Of a stretch of 64,000 nucleotides of DNA, positions 12,991 through 58,336 are shown piece by piece; within the stretch, counting starts at the first letter, position 1; each line of letters starts with the position of its first letter. The DNA is from Chrysomallon squamiferum (Eukaryota; Animalia; Mollusca). A model generated the notes under the pieces. It was not told the DNA's origin, did not search any database, and saw only the letters and a program-made list of their open reading frames with translations. The translations under genes were made by a program, and so were the position numbers. The DNA is taken from NCBI GenBank assembly GCA_012295275.1, contig CM022677.1, positions 9,362,001-9,426,000 of the forward strand, written 5' to 3'.

Positions 12991-13739
12991 AAATCAACAA
13001 CAATTTTGATAAATAAATAAATAAATTTCTGTTTTATTGAGGTCGTTTTTTTATCCTGTTTATTTCAAATAATCGGGCAGATTCAGTATGACCGAAACAA
13101 GCCAAATGAGCGAGTGAAAACCGCGCGCACACGAAACTTTCAGGACGTAATTAACATAATTAACAGAAAATAAAGATGGTTTGTGTCTGATCACAAAAGT
13201 TGACGCTAAGCAAACTTACATTATTCATACTTTTCCAATAAATAAAATTTAAATTTATAAATACTACTACTGCTATTAATATTGTTAGAACATTTTTTAT
13301 TTCGTTATATTTTCCTTCTTTAAAAAAAATATCCAAACGGTAACGACAGATAGTTTAATTCTCATAATTGCAATACTGCTAATAACGGATATCTTTTTAA
13401 ACACATTTGACCTTACTGATCTACTTTTTTAATTTTTGTATTCTATTTTTTTTTTATTCTTAAATAAATAACTAGCATGTACAAAAGGAATTATTAATTT
13501 TTTACTATTTGATACCCCAATACTGTTGAAATTTCAACTTAAAACCTTCCCTCAAAGTACGATTAAGTTATTTTGAGTCCCATAATACAGTCACGGTAAC
13601 CCTCTCCGAACACACTTTCCATCAAAGTAAGAGTATATTTTTACAACTGCACAAACAAATTAACAAACATCATCCAACCTATCCTATATTTTTTCCTATA
13701 CTCTAAACGATTATCTCCCATCAGTCATATATTTATTTG

Positions 13740-14231
13740 TCATATAACAACACAGGTCAAGGTTTGGTGCACACTTAATCTTCTGCCCGTTACCCAGATA
13801 AAAAATGGTAGTCTATCTATTCTATTTTCCATCTCTCTGTATACACGCTTGCAGTCATTGTCCATTCTCAAGGATTTTGTAAGGAGAAGTGCAGGGATCT
13901 GCTTCCGTCGATGTGTGTCCAGTGCGCTGCTCCTGCTGGGGAATGATGGCAATACTCGGACTTGATCTGGGTCTTTCTCTTCATTGTAAACAGCATTCAA
14001 CGGTGTTGTTTCTTCTCTGGCCCGCTTTCGCATAGTGCTGAGAAACTTCAGACGCTCTGAATGTTGTGGTGGTTGGGTGTTCCTGTCGTAATCACCAACG
14101 GTAGTGCATCTTCCATTGCAATTCTTGATGACACATTTCCAGTGAATACCAGTCTCTCTAACAGCATTCTTGTTGTAACAATAAATACTGCACTTTGTAT
14201 GGTACAAGTTTGCCATGATTTGACATTCCAA
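13740..14231 (-). pseudogene. Mutator-like (MULE) transposase N-terminal fragment with FLYWCH-type zinc finger
   Basis: YCYNKNAVRETGIHWKCVIKNCNGRCTT is FLYWCH-like. It is followed by MRKRAREETTPLNAVYNEE...LPSFPSRSSALDTHRRKQIPAL, typical of animal MULE transposases upstream of the DDE domain. The DDE domain is missing. Confidence 0.75.
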
Positions 14232-14950
14232 AGTTATATATATATATATATATCCAAATGTCTCAAAAGCAACTAAATAAACTGAATAAACTCACTATAA
14301 TCTGAGAACAGTAATTCACAATGGGAATTCTATCAAATTTAAAAAAAAAAAATTTGCATGTCATTGCTATATCAAAACGTCTCTTTCAAAGGCGTTCTCC
14401 TATTTAAGAGCAGCATCTCCATATAATTGGTGTAACCATGAACACATGCTGCCCACCGGAGTTGTGATTACAGTTAGAAGTAAGACACAGCCATTCCCCA
14501 CAGAGGTGTGCCCAGCTTACTTCCAAATGACTTTTGGGAGGATACCCTCTAAACATTTTTTCCTTAATATATATTTTTTTTTTTTCGCTTATTCGCGACT
14601 CTCAAGCTTCTGCATTTTCTAGACCGGTGCTCTCGCTACGAGTCCTGAATCACAAATAAGAAGCATCACAACAACAGTTGACAAACTGAAGTGACGTGCC
14701 AAAAAGTGAGGTGCCTAAATAATGTATTAACAAAGGTGGAGGCAGGCTGGACAAGTGTATATACCTAACCGACTTAAATCGTAATCATAAGCGATTAAAT
14801 CGACACATTATGAAAAGAATGATCAGTTAGCTAAGAATTTAAACGATTCTGGTTACGGATAGCTAACTTTCACCATGCGTCGTGGTGTAATCGTTTTCAT
14901 TTGGAAAGATATTAATTGTTACACGTATAGATGCAAATGTATTTAATTCT

Positions 14951-15160
14951 TACACGCGTAGATGCAAATGTATATACTTTAAATACGCATACCACAGTTA
15001 AAATATCCTCCAGAATGATATCATTCAGTCAATTCAAACATAGCATAAGATATATATATATGTGTGTGTGTGTGTGTGTCTGTGTATACTGACTGAATAT
15101 CTGGAGGATATTTTAACTATGGTTATGCATATTTACATTAGATACATCTGTATGTGTGAA
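14951..15160. repeat. Imperfect inverted repeat flanking a TA/TG microsatellite
   Basis: gcataccacagttaaaatatcctccaga...attcagtca (14987-15031) pairs with tgactgaatatctggaggatattttaactatggttatgc (15090-15128). Confidence 0.8.
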
Positions 15161-15388
15161 CGTACTCATTCATGTGCGTACGTTTGAAAGCATACATATG
15201 TGTGTGTGTGTGTGTGTTTGTGTGTGTTTATATATGTATATGTGTGTGCATGTACTTTGTTAAGAAAAACCAAGTGGGTGAGTGATGCTATATCTTAATA
15301 TGCATGTATGTAACAATATTGCATGAATAAACTGTATTTTCAAAAGTACTTTTAAATTTATTTTAAAGCAACTATACAGAAAAATTAA

Positions 15389-15482
15389 GATGCCATTTTT
15401 TCCAAATCTGCACAGTGCCATTTCTTCCGGATGCCATTTTTTCCGAGTGCTATTTTTTCCGGTGCCCTTTTTCCCTACAACC
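15389..15482 (-). mobile_element. Probable MULE terminus built of short tandem repeats
   Basis: Five ~15-16 nt units of the type (g/a)tgccattttttcc end in ttttccctacaacc (minus strand GGTTGTAGGGAAAAAGGGCACCGGAAAAAA...). The block lies upstream of the minus-strand MULE transposase fragment. Confidence 0.55.
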
Positions 15483-16500
15483 GTTCTTTATATATTGGTA
15501 ACTGAAACTTTGGCTAAAGCTGTTCGGGAAGATTCCGCAATTTATGGGATAGCTTTACCAAGTGGGCTGGGTACTCGGACAACGGAAACGCAACTTTATC
15601 TGACTTTCACTCGGTGGGGAAAGATACTCCTCTTGATATAAGATGGACCAACGAAAACATTAAATTATTACTTCTAATTTAGTAATATTATGTCTCTGCA
15701 GGTAACTAGGAACCTAAAATTAAAAAAATTAAAACAATTTTAAACATTATGGAGTAATAGAAAATAATCATTACGTGGCAAAATAGTGGCTGTTAATTCA
15801 CTTACCACTAGTGGCATTTGGTATCTAGCAAACTTTTGGAACTTCCGAAAAATTTGGGGCTACGGAATACATTTTATATCAGAGAAGCAAATTCAACTAC
15901 CTAAGGTGTTTGGAGGCTTGGGAGTTGTAAGTGTTCGGCTAAACATTAAAATAAAAAAAAAAAAAAAAAAAAAAATTGTTAGTAGATTTCTTAGTTCAGA
16001 GTGTGAAGGGAATTGGAAATATTTAGTAGATTGTTTTTAGGCCAATATAAGAATCTAAACATCTAAAATGTAAAAATGTTAATTAAAAGACTTACAGGAC
16101 AATTATCCCTGACCGCTGCTACGGATATTAAAGACAGACGACCCTTTCGATGGTGACTTTGATGCCGTTTTTCGTGTCTATTTAGATTCTAGACAAAACA
16201 CCGCAAAAACCAAAGTCTTGTTATTACGAACTCACAAAGACGCATCATTTAAGACCAGATGGGAACCATTTGCAATAAAAGCATACATTGCAAAAATGTA
16301 TGGCAGACATTAAATTCCGGACTAATTGAAAATAATGATTTTGATTTAATTTATAAAATGATTAGAAACGTAATTGCAGTTAGAAAATATCTCTACGATT
16401 AAAAGATTGGGGCCACACGCAAGCGCCTTTTGTGCGATAGTGTGGACTCGGTCTTACGTGCCTTTTTTTACTGCAAGGAAAAAGAGAAATATTTAGAATG
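15483..16500 (+). mobile_element. Degenerate L1/Tx1-clade LINE ORF2 fragment
   Basis: RT segment LYILVTETLAKAVREDSAIYGIALP, then GKIVAVNSLTTSGIWYLANF and QLPKVFGGLGVVSV, and a decayed C-terminal zinc knuckle LCDSVDSVLRAFFYC near 16430-16475. Multiple frameshifts and deletions. Confidence 0.8.
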
Positions 16501-17089
16501 TTTTAATTTACCAGTTTAAACAACACTCATTAAACACTAAACTCTGTCTATCGCCATATATAAAGAATTAATTAACAACAACAATTAATAACAATAATAA
16601 TTTAATTATACACGGTTATTATTGGCGTCTGTCTACCAGTCTATATCTCTGTTGGTCTGTCTGATAATCTCTATACAATATTAACATCAGTAAGTGTCAT
16701 ACTGATATAATAATAATAATAAAAAAGATAAAGAATATATTCTGGGTCTCTTGACAGTGAACACTAACATTCATCTGTAGATAAATTCAGAAGCAAAAAA
16801 AAAAAAAAAAAAAAAGTACAATCAAACAAGAAAAGCAAGCACGAAAACAAAAACAAAACCCCAAAACCCAAACAATTATCGTGAATAAGCAGAGAAAACA
16901 AATTAATTTCTTTGTTTGTTTTCGTTTTTCAATTTTTTTTTTATTGCGGACACAGGATTTTAATTTTTATTATTGTTGTATTACTGTATGCTAAATCTAT
17001 TTCAAATCATAAAATGGGGAAAAAGGATACCCATCCGGTTCCAGTTTTCATAAAAACTTGTATATGTTTACTGTTTTTGAAAGCTAACA

Positions 17090-17093
<4 letters not shown>

Positions 17094-17170
<77 letters not shown>

Positions 17171-17247
17171 AATCACAATCATGATTATTATCATTATCAT
17201 CATCATCATTATTATTATCATTAGTAGTAGTAGTATTGTTATTGTTA

Positions 17248-17296
<49 letters not shown>
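17094..17296. repeat. Compound microsatellite (CT)n + (ATC/AGT/GTT/ATT)n
   Basis: Direct inspection. It explains the spurious ERERER, poly-N and poly-I ORFs. Confidence 0.95.
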
Positions 17297-17299
<3 letters not shown>

Positions 17300-18217
17300 G
17301 TTCGATGTCGAATTTAGTTTCGGAGTTCTCTTCAAATTTCATAAATAACGAGAAACAGTAATAATAATAATAATATATTTCAGAAACATTATAGACGGTA
17401 ATTTCCTAATTACTTAAGTTGTCTAAATTCGAGTGCTGAAGGTGGAACCGAGCGAGTGCATAATTTTTTATGTAAATAACTAAATTAATATTGCGTTATC
17501 CAGTTAAAAAGAAACTAGGGAGTTACAGCTATCCTGCATCTTTCAGACGAAAACTATCTAGTCGCTATGAAGAAGGAAATTGCTAAAGAAGTAAAATAAT
17601 GGCAGTGCTCAGGTACAAGTATTACAAATACCTAATTGCAGATAAATTACAAGTGATATAAATTATGATTGCCATATGAATCGTAATTTTGAATTGTAGA
17701 GATTTTATTAAAATCAGTAAGTGTCATACTGAGTTGAATAAAGTAGGAAGTTCCGAATTCAGTTGAATAATTACTATAATAATCATCATTATTTTGCTAT
17801 TGCGACAACCGGTGTAAATGTAGATATGTCAGATTCATGAGGGCTGCCGATATAAAACGTATCGTCTTGTGTTAGGTCAACCTGATCAAAATACTGTCAT
17901 TTGATTGGATGACTATTTTATTTCCTTATCAGGGAATTCACTATTTTCTGTTTGTACGTGAACGTGTTTCTTTATTTTTCAGGATTTTATCTAAACTGGC
18001 TCAAACTACTTTTCAGTTATTTTCATTTTGTTACATTGTCTTCAGTCTTAGTAAGTTTTGATAACTTTAGTTACCAGACTACCAGAAAATGTGCACATTT
18101 TCCCATATACGTTTCATTTGTGATAAAAAAATCTTACAATAACTGATCAAACATAAAATCTTTGGACCATTTTAAAGCGCTTTTAAAAAGAAAAGAAAAA
18201 AATATATATATAATAAT

Positions 18218-18262
<45 letters not shown>

Positions 18263-19109
18263 AATTTAAAAAAAAAAAAATTTGAGAGAATTGAATAAAA
18301 ATAAACTCAGAATAATTTTTTTCTAACATCTAAAATAAGGAATATTCCTTGAAACTGAAACAAAGATAACAAAATGACAGCTTGGACATTTATAACCAAC
18401 AAAATACATGCAAAAGATATTGAAATGAATTTATGGGTTTTTTTTTTCATTGCAAACTGAATTATCAAGTCCAAGACATCATGCATTAAAACAATAAGTT
18501 TTTTGCCTCAAGTATGCACATTTTGATCTAATTAGTAAATGGTCTTTGAAGCCAGTGGGTGGTTCATGATCTAATTTACAGTGTTTAATAATAAATGAAA
18601 AACTGCATTTCCTGACAAAAAGAATATCATAATCTATAGATTTGTTTATATTATTTACAAATATTTCTGTTATAATTGTGACTAAAGCAGTTTCAGGGAT
18701 GGAAGATGTGCTACTGGTAATAAAGGGTACAAGGTTATGAACGTTAATATGTCAATGTTAAGAGTTGATTTCTTATAAAATTTCATTTCCAGCAACACCA
18801 ACATGAATATCTGGAAAACTGAATGTGTTTTTGACAGAAAATGTTAAATTTTAAAAGCTAGCATTCAAGTAATGTTGGTCTTGTGGAGGTAAAATTAGCA
18901 ATTAAAACAAATACACCAGTTGTTATGAAAATTTAAATCAGCTGGGTTTATAATTTTCTGTTTTATGATAGATGCAGATATAAGATATAGTTACTAAATT
19001 AATAAAGCAAAAACACCAACAACATACTTGTCATTAACTGCTTACTTTTTTCATGACTGTTTTTGTTTGTGTTTTTTTTTTTTTAAGTTTCGGTTTTTTC
19101 TACAACAAA

Positions 19110-33994
<14,885 letters not shown>

Positions 33995-35442
33995 AATTTG
34001 TGAAAAAACAAAAAAATCATATACACATCAGCATTATAAACATTACCATAGTACAATATGACATTTGTGGAAAAAATCTAAAAAGTCATATACATATAAG
34101 TGATATACAAAGATAAGCATAGTTCAATGCTGGTACATTAGTTATTATTACAAATCTGTAAAGAACTGAAAATAAACTGACAAGAGGCAGTTCTGTTTAT
34201 TTACATTCCTTGTTTTCTACAAATTAATTAAAAATTCCCAGCACAACCAGCAGGACTAATAGTTGTGTTGCTGTCCACAGATGATGACAAACTCTGTGCT
34301 GATGCAATTGTCATACAAGTAACAAGTGCAGTTAATGGGCAATATATAAATTCTGTTACCTATAAATTTCACACAGTCTGTAAAACAAACACTTGTGTCA
34401 ATATTTTCACAATTAAGTGTACAACATGTCTGCAAAAACAGAAATGTAGTGGCCACAAGAATTTAATTTTACACATTAAAATGAGGCAACATTCTGATGT
34501 GCATAGCACCAGATGGAGTGCATGGTCATGTTGCTTTGAGCAATCTCTGATTGAGCTATTCTCAAAGTAATCTCTGTGTTTATGCATGTCTCTATGTGTG
34601 AAGCGCAAATGTTCAAAAGACAAGAGAAAGAAAAAAGAAAAGATAAGTGCATATTAAAATACTGTTTTTATTACTTTCCAATATGACTGCTGAAAATTAT
34701 TGTTCAACAGTAATGACAATATTTTTATACAGTTCTGACATGGCACTTTCATCCAGTATCAATAACATAACACTGAAAGAAAACTAATGAAGATATTATG
34801 ATAAATTTTATCAACAAATACCTGTAAGTATGTGTTTTAAAACAATGTTCCGTTTTTAGTGAATGCTTAGAGAGATGAAAAAATCTGTCACCCTGAACTC
34901 CCCCAAAATATTCAGAATTAAAACTGTTTGTAAAGCCTGAAAAAATGAATACAAATAAAGAATACTGTCACATCTGTCTGGTTTGTACAACAAAATGTTT
35001 TTGTTTTTATTTACAAATTATGTTATTCTTGACCATTTATAGCATTATCAATTAAGACAACCATTTTAAAAATTATCCATTTAGAGAATAAAATGGATCC
35101 TTCATTTTTATATCAGTTAAGTAGGTCATTAAATAAAACATGAAATGTTGTAACTGAAGTAGTAGTATTTAACTTTTTTCAATACAGTAAAAATAGAGAG
35201 CAAAATACATGATTATGTAATTAAAGGAGAAAATTTTAATATGGAGGAAACACCTTCCAGAGATGATCTAATGTCTATCACATTTTTAATAATTTATCAA
35301 TCATCATCTTTAATATTTTTCAGATAGAAGTACAAAAGTTATTTTATTATTTGTAAATATTTTCTAAAAGGACACTATGAAACTTTGTACATATGTATGT
35401 ATGGAAATTTATGTGTGGTTATTTTTACACAATTAACACATT

Positions 35443-35443
<1 letters not shown>

Positions 35444-35483
<40 letters not shown>
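35444..35483. repeat. (CA)n microsatellite
   Basis: Direct inspection. Confidence 0.95.
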
Positions 35484-35486
<3 letters not shown>

Positions 35487-36027
35487 AATAACAATGGAGT
35501 CACATGTTGATACATTTTAAACTAAAATTGGAAATGATATCTGATGTTTTTCACTGTATTAGTATCTGGATAAAATATTAATTATTTAAATTTACAAAAA
35601 TAAATTTAAAAAAAACTGAATAAAGCTAGACAATTTGAAATAAAATGCAAATGGTATCTGATGTTGTTTTCACTGTTAATGCCTAGAGAAAAGTTTATTT
35701 ATCTGAATTTAAAAAAGAAATAAAGGCTAACTACAATTGATCAGTAAGTAAAAATATTTCTACTAACAATGCTACTGCCGTTAGATTATTTTGAGGTGAA
35801 TAAATGATGTAAGACGTTCATTACCGTACAACTATCTCACATCTACTTCAGTTTTCTTTTAACTGACAAAATGTCAGCATTTTACTCTCATATTTAAATC
35901 ACACAGCAACAGCTGAGTATCGCATTGTTTTAAAACACCAGTTTGTCATACTCTCACAACAGACTTCTATCAAGCTACGGTAGACTTAACCCATGAAACA
36001 TGACATACTGCACATGTCTAACAAATT

Positions 36028-52010
<15,983 letters not shown>

Positions 52011-52059
52011 TCATTTACTGTGATTGAAAACAATAAAGTGTAACAATCATTTTCTGTAC

Positions 52060-52560
52060 TAAAGCACAACAGTCCGTACGTCGCTCTTTGCCTTATACAA
52101 ATACTGTCAGTACACATTTAAACTGACGCCCACATATTAATCAAAGCATTAATTCACTGGACGCCAGTTTTCCTAATTTTTATACAATTTTTGTCACTCT
52201 CTTGACTCTTCGTGTGCCGCCATTTTCAACTACTGGTACCTACTAACTGTAAAACTAAAATTAATAGGATAATGATTAAAGCGTAGCAATAATACAGGGA
52301 ACCAGTATCATATTTTTCTATTGCAATCATGTGTTATTAAATAGAACTAAGGTACGCGGGAAATCGCATTTTGTTATAAAACTTTGGCGTTTGATATTCA
52401 TACTGACAAATAAGTTATTATTTTTTATTATTATGTTAGTTTCATTTCGCACTTAAAGTATTATGCAGATTGATAATTTAGTAATTCGCATAACATGTTA
52501 ACTGGTTCTTGCGTTACTGCTACGTTTGTGACAATTAAATACCATTGAAACCGACGATGT
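52060..52560. promoter_or_regulatory. Probable bidirectional promoter shared by the PWWP gene (-) and HDDC3 (+)
   Basis: CpG-enriched patch between head-to-head genes. It contains the YY1-type motif GCCGCCATTTT at 52216-52226 and a plus-strand donor AAG|gtacgc at 52351/52352 for a non-coding HDDC3 first exon (the ATG exon has an acceptor at 54273). Confidence 0.6.
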
Positions 52561-54188
52561 AAAGAAAAGCGACATATGTATTAATTTTATCGTAAAAAGG
52601 AAATGGCATTATTTTAAATAGGAAATTTATGTTGAATGTAATCCATTAAATTCCACTAAACACTTTAATAAACAAATATAACTGAGTAAAAAGTTATATT
52701 CTGGCCGTAGTGAAAAAAAAAAAAAATAAATAAAAGGATAATAACCAATAATAAAACAAAATACATTAGAAAAAAAAAAAAAAATAATAATATAAAAGAA
52801 ACAAAAAACAGCAACAAGAAAACAGAAAGCTTCTTTTTATCAGTCGTTGGACTATTAAAATGTTCACAGTTAGATATTTTATTTTCTTTAATGAAGAAAC
52901 ATTAAAATAAATTTGCTAAAAGCCATTGTGATGTGTAATGCTGGAGTCATAGGTTAATAAATATCTAATTATATTTTAAACCACTGTACCTTAATATCTG
53001 TTCATGTGTATGATAATTAACATTAATATTTTTATTCTTAATTACATTCATTTTAATCTGTTGGAGAGGTTAAAGGTATGAGGATATCTAAACTTAGTGG
53101 TAGACTGTTGGCCAGAAGTTTATTAATTTTCTATGCTGCCACTTAATCATTTCTCACTGAGTCTTTCATCAAATACCAGTCAGCTCAACACATCTGATTT
53201 TGCAGTAATTTTTATATTTGTGGTTCCTTTGGAGCCAGTCACCTTGAAATACAATTAAGTTGGAAGTGTAGAAAAAGATTTTGGATATAATTACTGATTC
53301 AGAGTAGGCCAGAGATCTGATGTGTACTGAGTACAAATTACATTGAAATATTGAACCAACCACCAATGTGAATTTTATTAAAACATGAAATGTCTAATAT
53401 TGTAATTAAAAGAAAATTATATATGTTCTTCCATCTCGATGCCTTATTTTAAGAAATTATGGAAACATCAGATAAATTGAATCTAAAGCCCAAAAGGAGA
53501 AAAAAAATCTAATGTTTGTAATGTGTTAAAATTAAATAAACAGATATTATAACAATCTGTTATGAGTAATGCTGTAGAAGAAACTAATTTTATTGTTATC
53601 TTTTAATAAAGTATTCTAATGACACTGGAAAAGTAAACATCAAATGTGATATTGGTTGTTTGGATTTCTATGTTTCATGATAATTTTAATTTTTTTGTTT
53701 TTTAAATTTTTGCTCTATTTGTTAAGTCAATACCAAGTTATGCAAACATATTAATGTTTTTAAAAGAGAAATAATTTAATTTGATTTTATATCTTGTATT
53801 GCAGTGAAAAATTGGCTTTAGAATATTCTAACTAGATCATCACTATTTTTTTAATTAATATTTTTTATCTTGATACACAAAAATAGAAATAATTTCTTTA
53901 ACTTGATAAAGGAACCAAACAAAATAGACACAAACCAATATATATTTCTACCACTGAAATATTGAGATTTTTGTGTCCAGGCTTTTTACAATAAGTGATT
54001 TTGCCATAACAAAAAAAACAAAACAATTATGAAATAAATAATAAAACAAGAATATAAACTGCTTTTATCAAATTATAAAGATTTGTTTTGTTCTATCAGT
54101 AATAACATATTAAAAAAAAAAAAAAAAAAATTGAAAGAAAACTTATGGTTATTATTTTTTTTTTTATGAATTCATAACTGAAAATATA

Positions 54189-54222
<34 letters not shown>

Positions 54223-54277
54223 TTGCCAGTAATATTTGTATATTAACTTCTAAAATTAATTTTCTGTTTTCAGGAAT

Positions 54278-56623
54278 ATGGCATCACAAGATTGTGATCT
54301 GGTTAAAAAGATGGTGAAATGTGCAAACTTTGCTGCAGAGAAACACAAAGATCAACGCAGGAAAGACAGTAACCGTACACCTTACATTAATCATCCTGTT
54401 GGTTAGACTGTTACCTTAATATCAAAAATAACATTTAAATAATATAGAGAAGTGTAGAAATAAGAAATATTAATAATTATATTGATATTGTTTTTGTGAA
54501 ATGAAGTAAGAAACATTGAATTAAAGCAGTAATTATTAGTATTGTTATATTGATAATGATATTTCAAAAATATTTCAGTTTATAATATAAAATAGTGAAG
54601 ATGTAAGAAATACTGAATTAAAGCAATATTAATAATTAATTCATATCTAAATGCTATGTTTTAAAAGTGTCTGCTTGTTAATGTGTATGTTTATCATGTT
54701 GTTAATGGTTACTATTTTAAATCATATGTAACTGTTTATCTTTAACATTTTGAATAATATGCATATGTTTATCTGTTAATTCTTATGTTTTAAATATATA
54801 TATAAATGTTTACCTTTTGTTAATTTTAGTTATATCTATATGTTTCTCTGTTGCTAATGGTTACAGGTGTGGCTTACATTTTAACAGAAGAAGCTGGCAT
54901 TGTGGATCTAGCTGTGATACAGGTTGATACAAATTTCTTCTTTGTTTTGTGTAATTTGATTATAGAGCCTATCTTTTCACCTTCTAATACAGAAGAAAAA
55001 AAAAATTAAACTTAGGAGAATATTCTTTTTGTGCTTGATATTATATACTGAAATTTTACAACATAGAAATGAGGTCATTAAAAACAGTGAAATTGTCATA
55101 ATTATGCATTAACTTTAAAATTGAATTTACAGTTTTCTTATTTTATACAAATACCACAAAGTGGAAAGTTTGAACAATTATTCTGATTGTTTGTTATCTT
55201 TAATATTTTTCTATTTGTATGTTGTAAAACATTGTCTGGCAATAACAAGTGTCAGTTTATTCAATGAAGAATATTTAATTTTTGTGACTTCCCTTAAAAG
55301 TTCCCAACAAATTCAAAAGATTTGACCATTCTGAATAATTTTTCTCCTGTCCCATTTAAATTAAATAAAGATTATTATTGAAACAAGAAAAGTACTGGTC
55401 ATTTGTGGATGTACAAAACAGCTTATGTAGATTACATCATTAGTACAAGTAATAAAACTGACTGGTGTTTATTAGGCTGCCTTGCTTCACGACACAGTTG
55501 AAGATACAAACACAACACCGGAGGAAATTGCTAAAGAGTTTGGACAGGAAGTTAAAGGTTTGTCAGTTGAATGTAATTATTTAATATCGAGTCATTGTTT
55601 AAAATTTTAAACCTTATCATAAACTATTTAAATCACTGCTGACTAATCATTACTAAAAACCTGCATATTACTCATTTTAAACCAAATTGTAAACTATTTA
55701 ATCAATATAAAATCAAGGATTTTAAGTGAATTGTAGAATTATGGAGTTATCCTGTATTTAATCTGACCTCAAATTTTCATTTATCTTCAGAAAAAGTTAG
55801 TTTTCAAGAAAAATAATTCTTTTCACTAAAAGAAAAAAAATAATGTTGGCTTTTTAAATTGTATTTTAAGTGATAAATTAATTGTAGGCAAACTTACAGA
55901 AACATAAAGTTTTGGTTAGTAAGATAGGAAGATTGTTCTCCAAACAACACTGCAGACAGGGAGTGTAAAGCAGTTTTGATGAAACATTATCAAATGGAAT
56001 AACCTCAAACAAAGTTGTTCTTTCACTGCAGTCACTGAGTGGATCATCATTTGATGAAACTGTTAGAACTCTCTGTCATATAAACTTTGATAACTGAACT
56101 TGAAATATCACTGAACAAGTGTCTCTTTGTGTTTGAAATAGAAATTGACTTATATTTGGTTGTTTATTTTCAGTTTAATATTATAAAACATTTTGATTAA
56201 AGTTTGACTCTAAAAACTAGTTATGGGGAAACTTTTCTCTTGCATAATGTTTCTGTTTCAAGATTTGTTCAAATACAGGCAGCACAATTATTCTGATTAT
56301 TTATTTAATATAAAATATTTTTTCAACTTTTTCCAGATCTGGTTGCAGAAGTAACAGATGATAAAAGTCTTCCAAAGAAGGAAAGGAAAGATCAGCAGAT
56401 TTTGCATGCACCAAACTGCAGCTACAAAGCCAAACTAGTGAAACTGGCTGACAAACTGTACAATCTACGGGATTTGAACCGCTCTACTCCAGTAGGCTGG
56501 TCAGAACAGCGAGTCCATGAGTACTTTGCATGGTCAGCGAAGGTCATAGATGGACTGAGAGGAACAAATAAATATTTGGAAGAGACTTTGGATGAATTAC
56601 TCAAAGCTAGAAATGTGATATGA
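54278..56623 (+). CDS. HDDC3: Guanosine-3',5'-bis(diphosphate) 3'-pyrophosphohydrolase MESH1 (HD domain-containing 3), 182 aa
   Basis: Exons 54278-54401, 54867-54922, 55476-55557 and 56337-56623 total 549 nt in frame. Motifs: [13 protein letters not shown]...[50 protein letters not shown]...PVGWS. Confidence 0.96.
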
Positions 56624-58243
56624 TATTTTTTTAAAATAAATATATATATATATGTGTGGAATATATGTATACAGTTTTTTATTTTATGATCTCTATATTT
56701 ATAGTGTATTAATTTGGTTCTTAAAAAAAACACTTTTGGATTAAATCTCTTTACTATTTTATTATTTTATTGTGTAATATAAATTTCATTTACCATGAAA
56801 ATGATTTGTTTTTTAATATCTAAACTCAGACATATACATTTTCAAGGAAAGAAAGGTTTATTCTTCAAAAATATTTTGTATTTTTAACAGTTTTTTAATT
56901 AAATGATAAATTTTATTTTCATACACAGCTTATTTGTTCTTTGTTTAACACAGTTGTCTTTCTTTATCTCTCTTTGAAAATGGCTGGTTAATTTTAAAAT
57001 CAAGGGAGTTAATTGTCAAGGCTAGTGGGAGAGTTACTGTTATAGCTATGATTTTGTTTTAAGTGTGATCAGTATTAGACAAATAACAAAACTAAAAAGA
57101 CAGAATAAAAAGAAAAAGTTTTGATTAGCCAAACGAGAGCTGTTATTTTCTTAATATTTATGCCAGTTTGAAAACATACTTCTTGAATTTGCATATTTTC
57201 TGCTCAGCATTTGGCCATTTTTAAAGCAATGTTATGTTATTAACATTTGTACTCTAGTTAGTAAAAATAAATTTGAAAGTGGAGAAAGCAATAATTTTAT
57301 CGTGCTTGAGATTCAATAAATATCTTCTTTTCTTTTCAGTGATCTTCAAAAATGGATTTTTTGTAAATGTAATTTTTGTTAACTTCCTCATTGTTGTTTT
57401 TAGACGTTGAGATCAGAGTAACCAGTATTAAAATACACAAAAAGACATACACATTTTCAAGGAAACAAAAACGTTTATTCTTCAAAGTTGTTAACAGTTT
57501 TAAACATTAACATTTTCAGATTGATACTGATATTCATGGTAAATTATAGAATACATTATACTAACACGGTTTGAAAAAAGAAATGTCCTTAATTTACTGA
57601 TTACAATAATCAGTTTGTACAGAAACACTCATTTTCAAGAAAAGAAACATCTAATTTGTTCAGATATATTTTTATTTAATAAATATTAATAGATGTTGAT
57701 AAATTACTAATACATAAAATATGTCATACAAATACATTTTGAAATAAAAAAATGCCACTAATTTTCTATCACAATTTGTTTTAAAGTCTAATAATTTTTT
57801 TCTGAAATCAGCAAATTTCATGTAATTGCAATTTAAACTGTTCACCTCTGACTAATTACCTGTCACTATACGTATTGTATAAACCCAAGTACAGAGTAAG
57901 AGAAAACATCAAAATGTTTATTATTTTCTATATATATATAGTATCTTTGTACATGCACACTACACAACATCAAGTGTGTGTACACCAGATTAGAGTGAGT
58001 AATGTTGTACTCTGCTGTTAATCTAAATGATGAATCTAATCATGAATTTTATCTGAACTAATATTTGCTGTGTTTCATGAAACCTGTTAATGACCAGTTT
58101 ACATATTTGAATATTTATCTTGGTTTAAATCATAGTGAATTAATAAACATTTTGAGGAAGATGAAATGTGGCATATGACACAGAGCTGTGAAAACAAAAA
58201 ATATAAATGTTACAACACTGCTTTATCTGCAATATAGTCAGAG

Positions 58244-58336
58244 TATGTACTCTCCTGTCTGTGGGGTGGTGTATATCGTAGATCCTTTGTTGCTAATTGA
58301 AAAGGCAATGGCATAACTCTCTCATTACTTGAATGG
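58244..58336 (+). mobile_element. SINE central-domain relic (Meta-domain-like)
   Basis: cctgtctgtggggtggtgtatatcgtagatcctttgttgctaattgaaaag resembles the conserved core CCTGTCTGTGGGATGGTGCATATAAAAGATCCCTTGCTGCTAATCGAAAAG of MetaSINE-type elements. Recognised from memory, not by search. Confidence 0.5.

Noticed and set aside
16912-17342. ORFs with ERERER, poly-N, poly-I and SLSLSL
   Set aside because: These are translations of microsatellites.
34256-34623. Cys-containing ORFs on both strands after SKIV2L
   Set aside because: They lie in the 3'UTR zone of two convergent genes, with no convincing splice sites or domain pattern.
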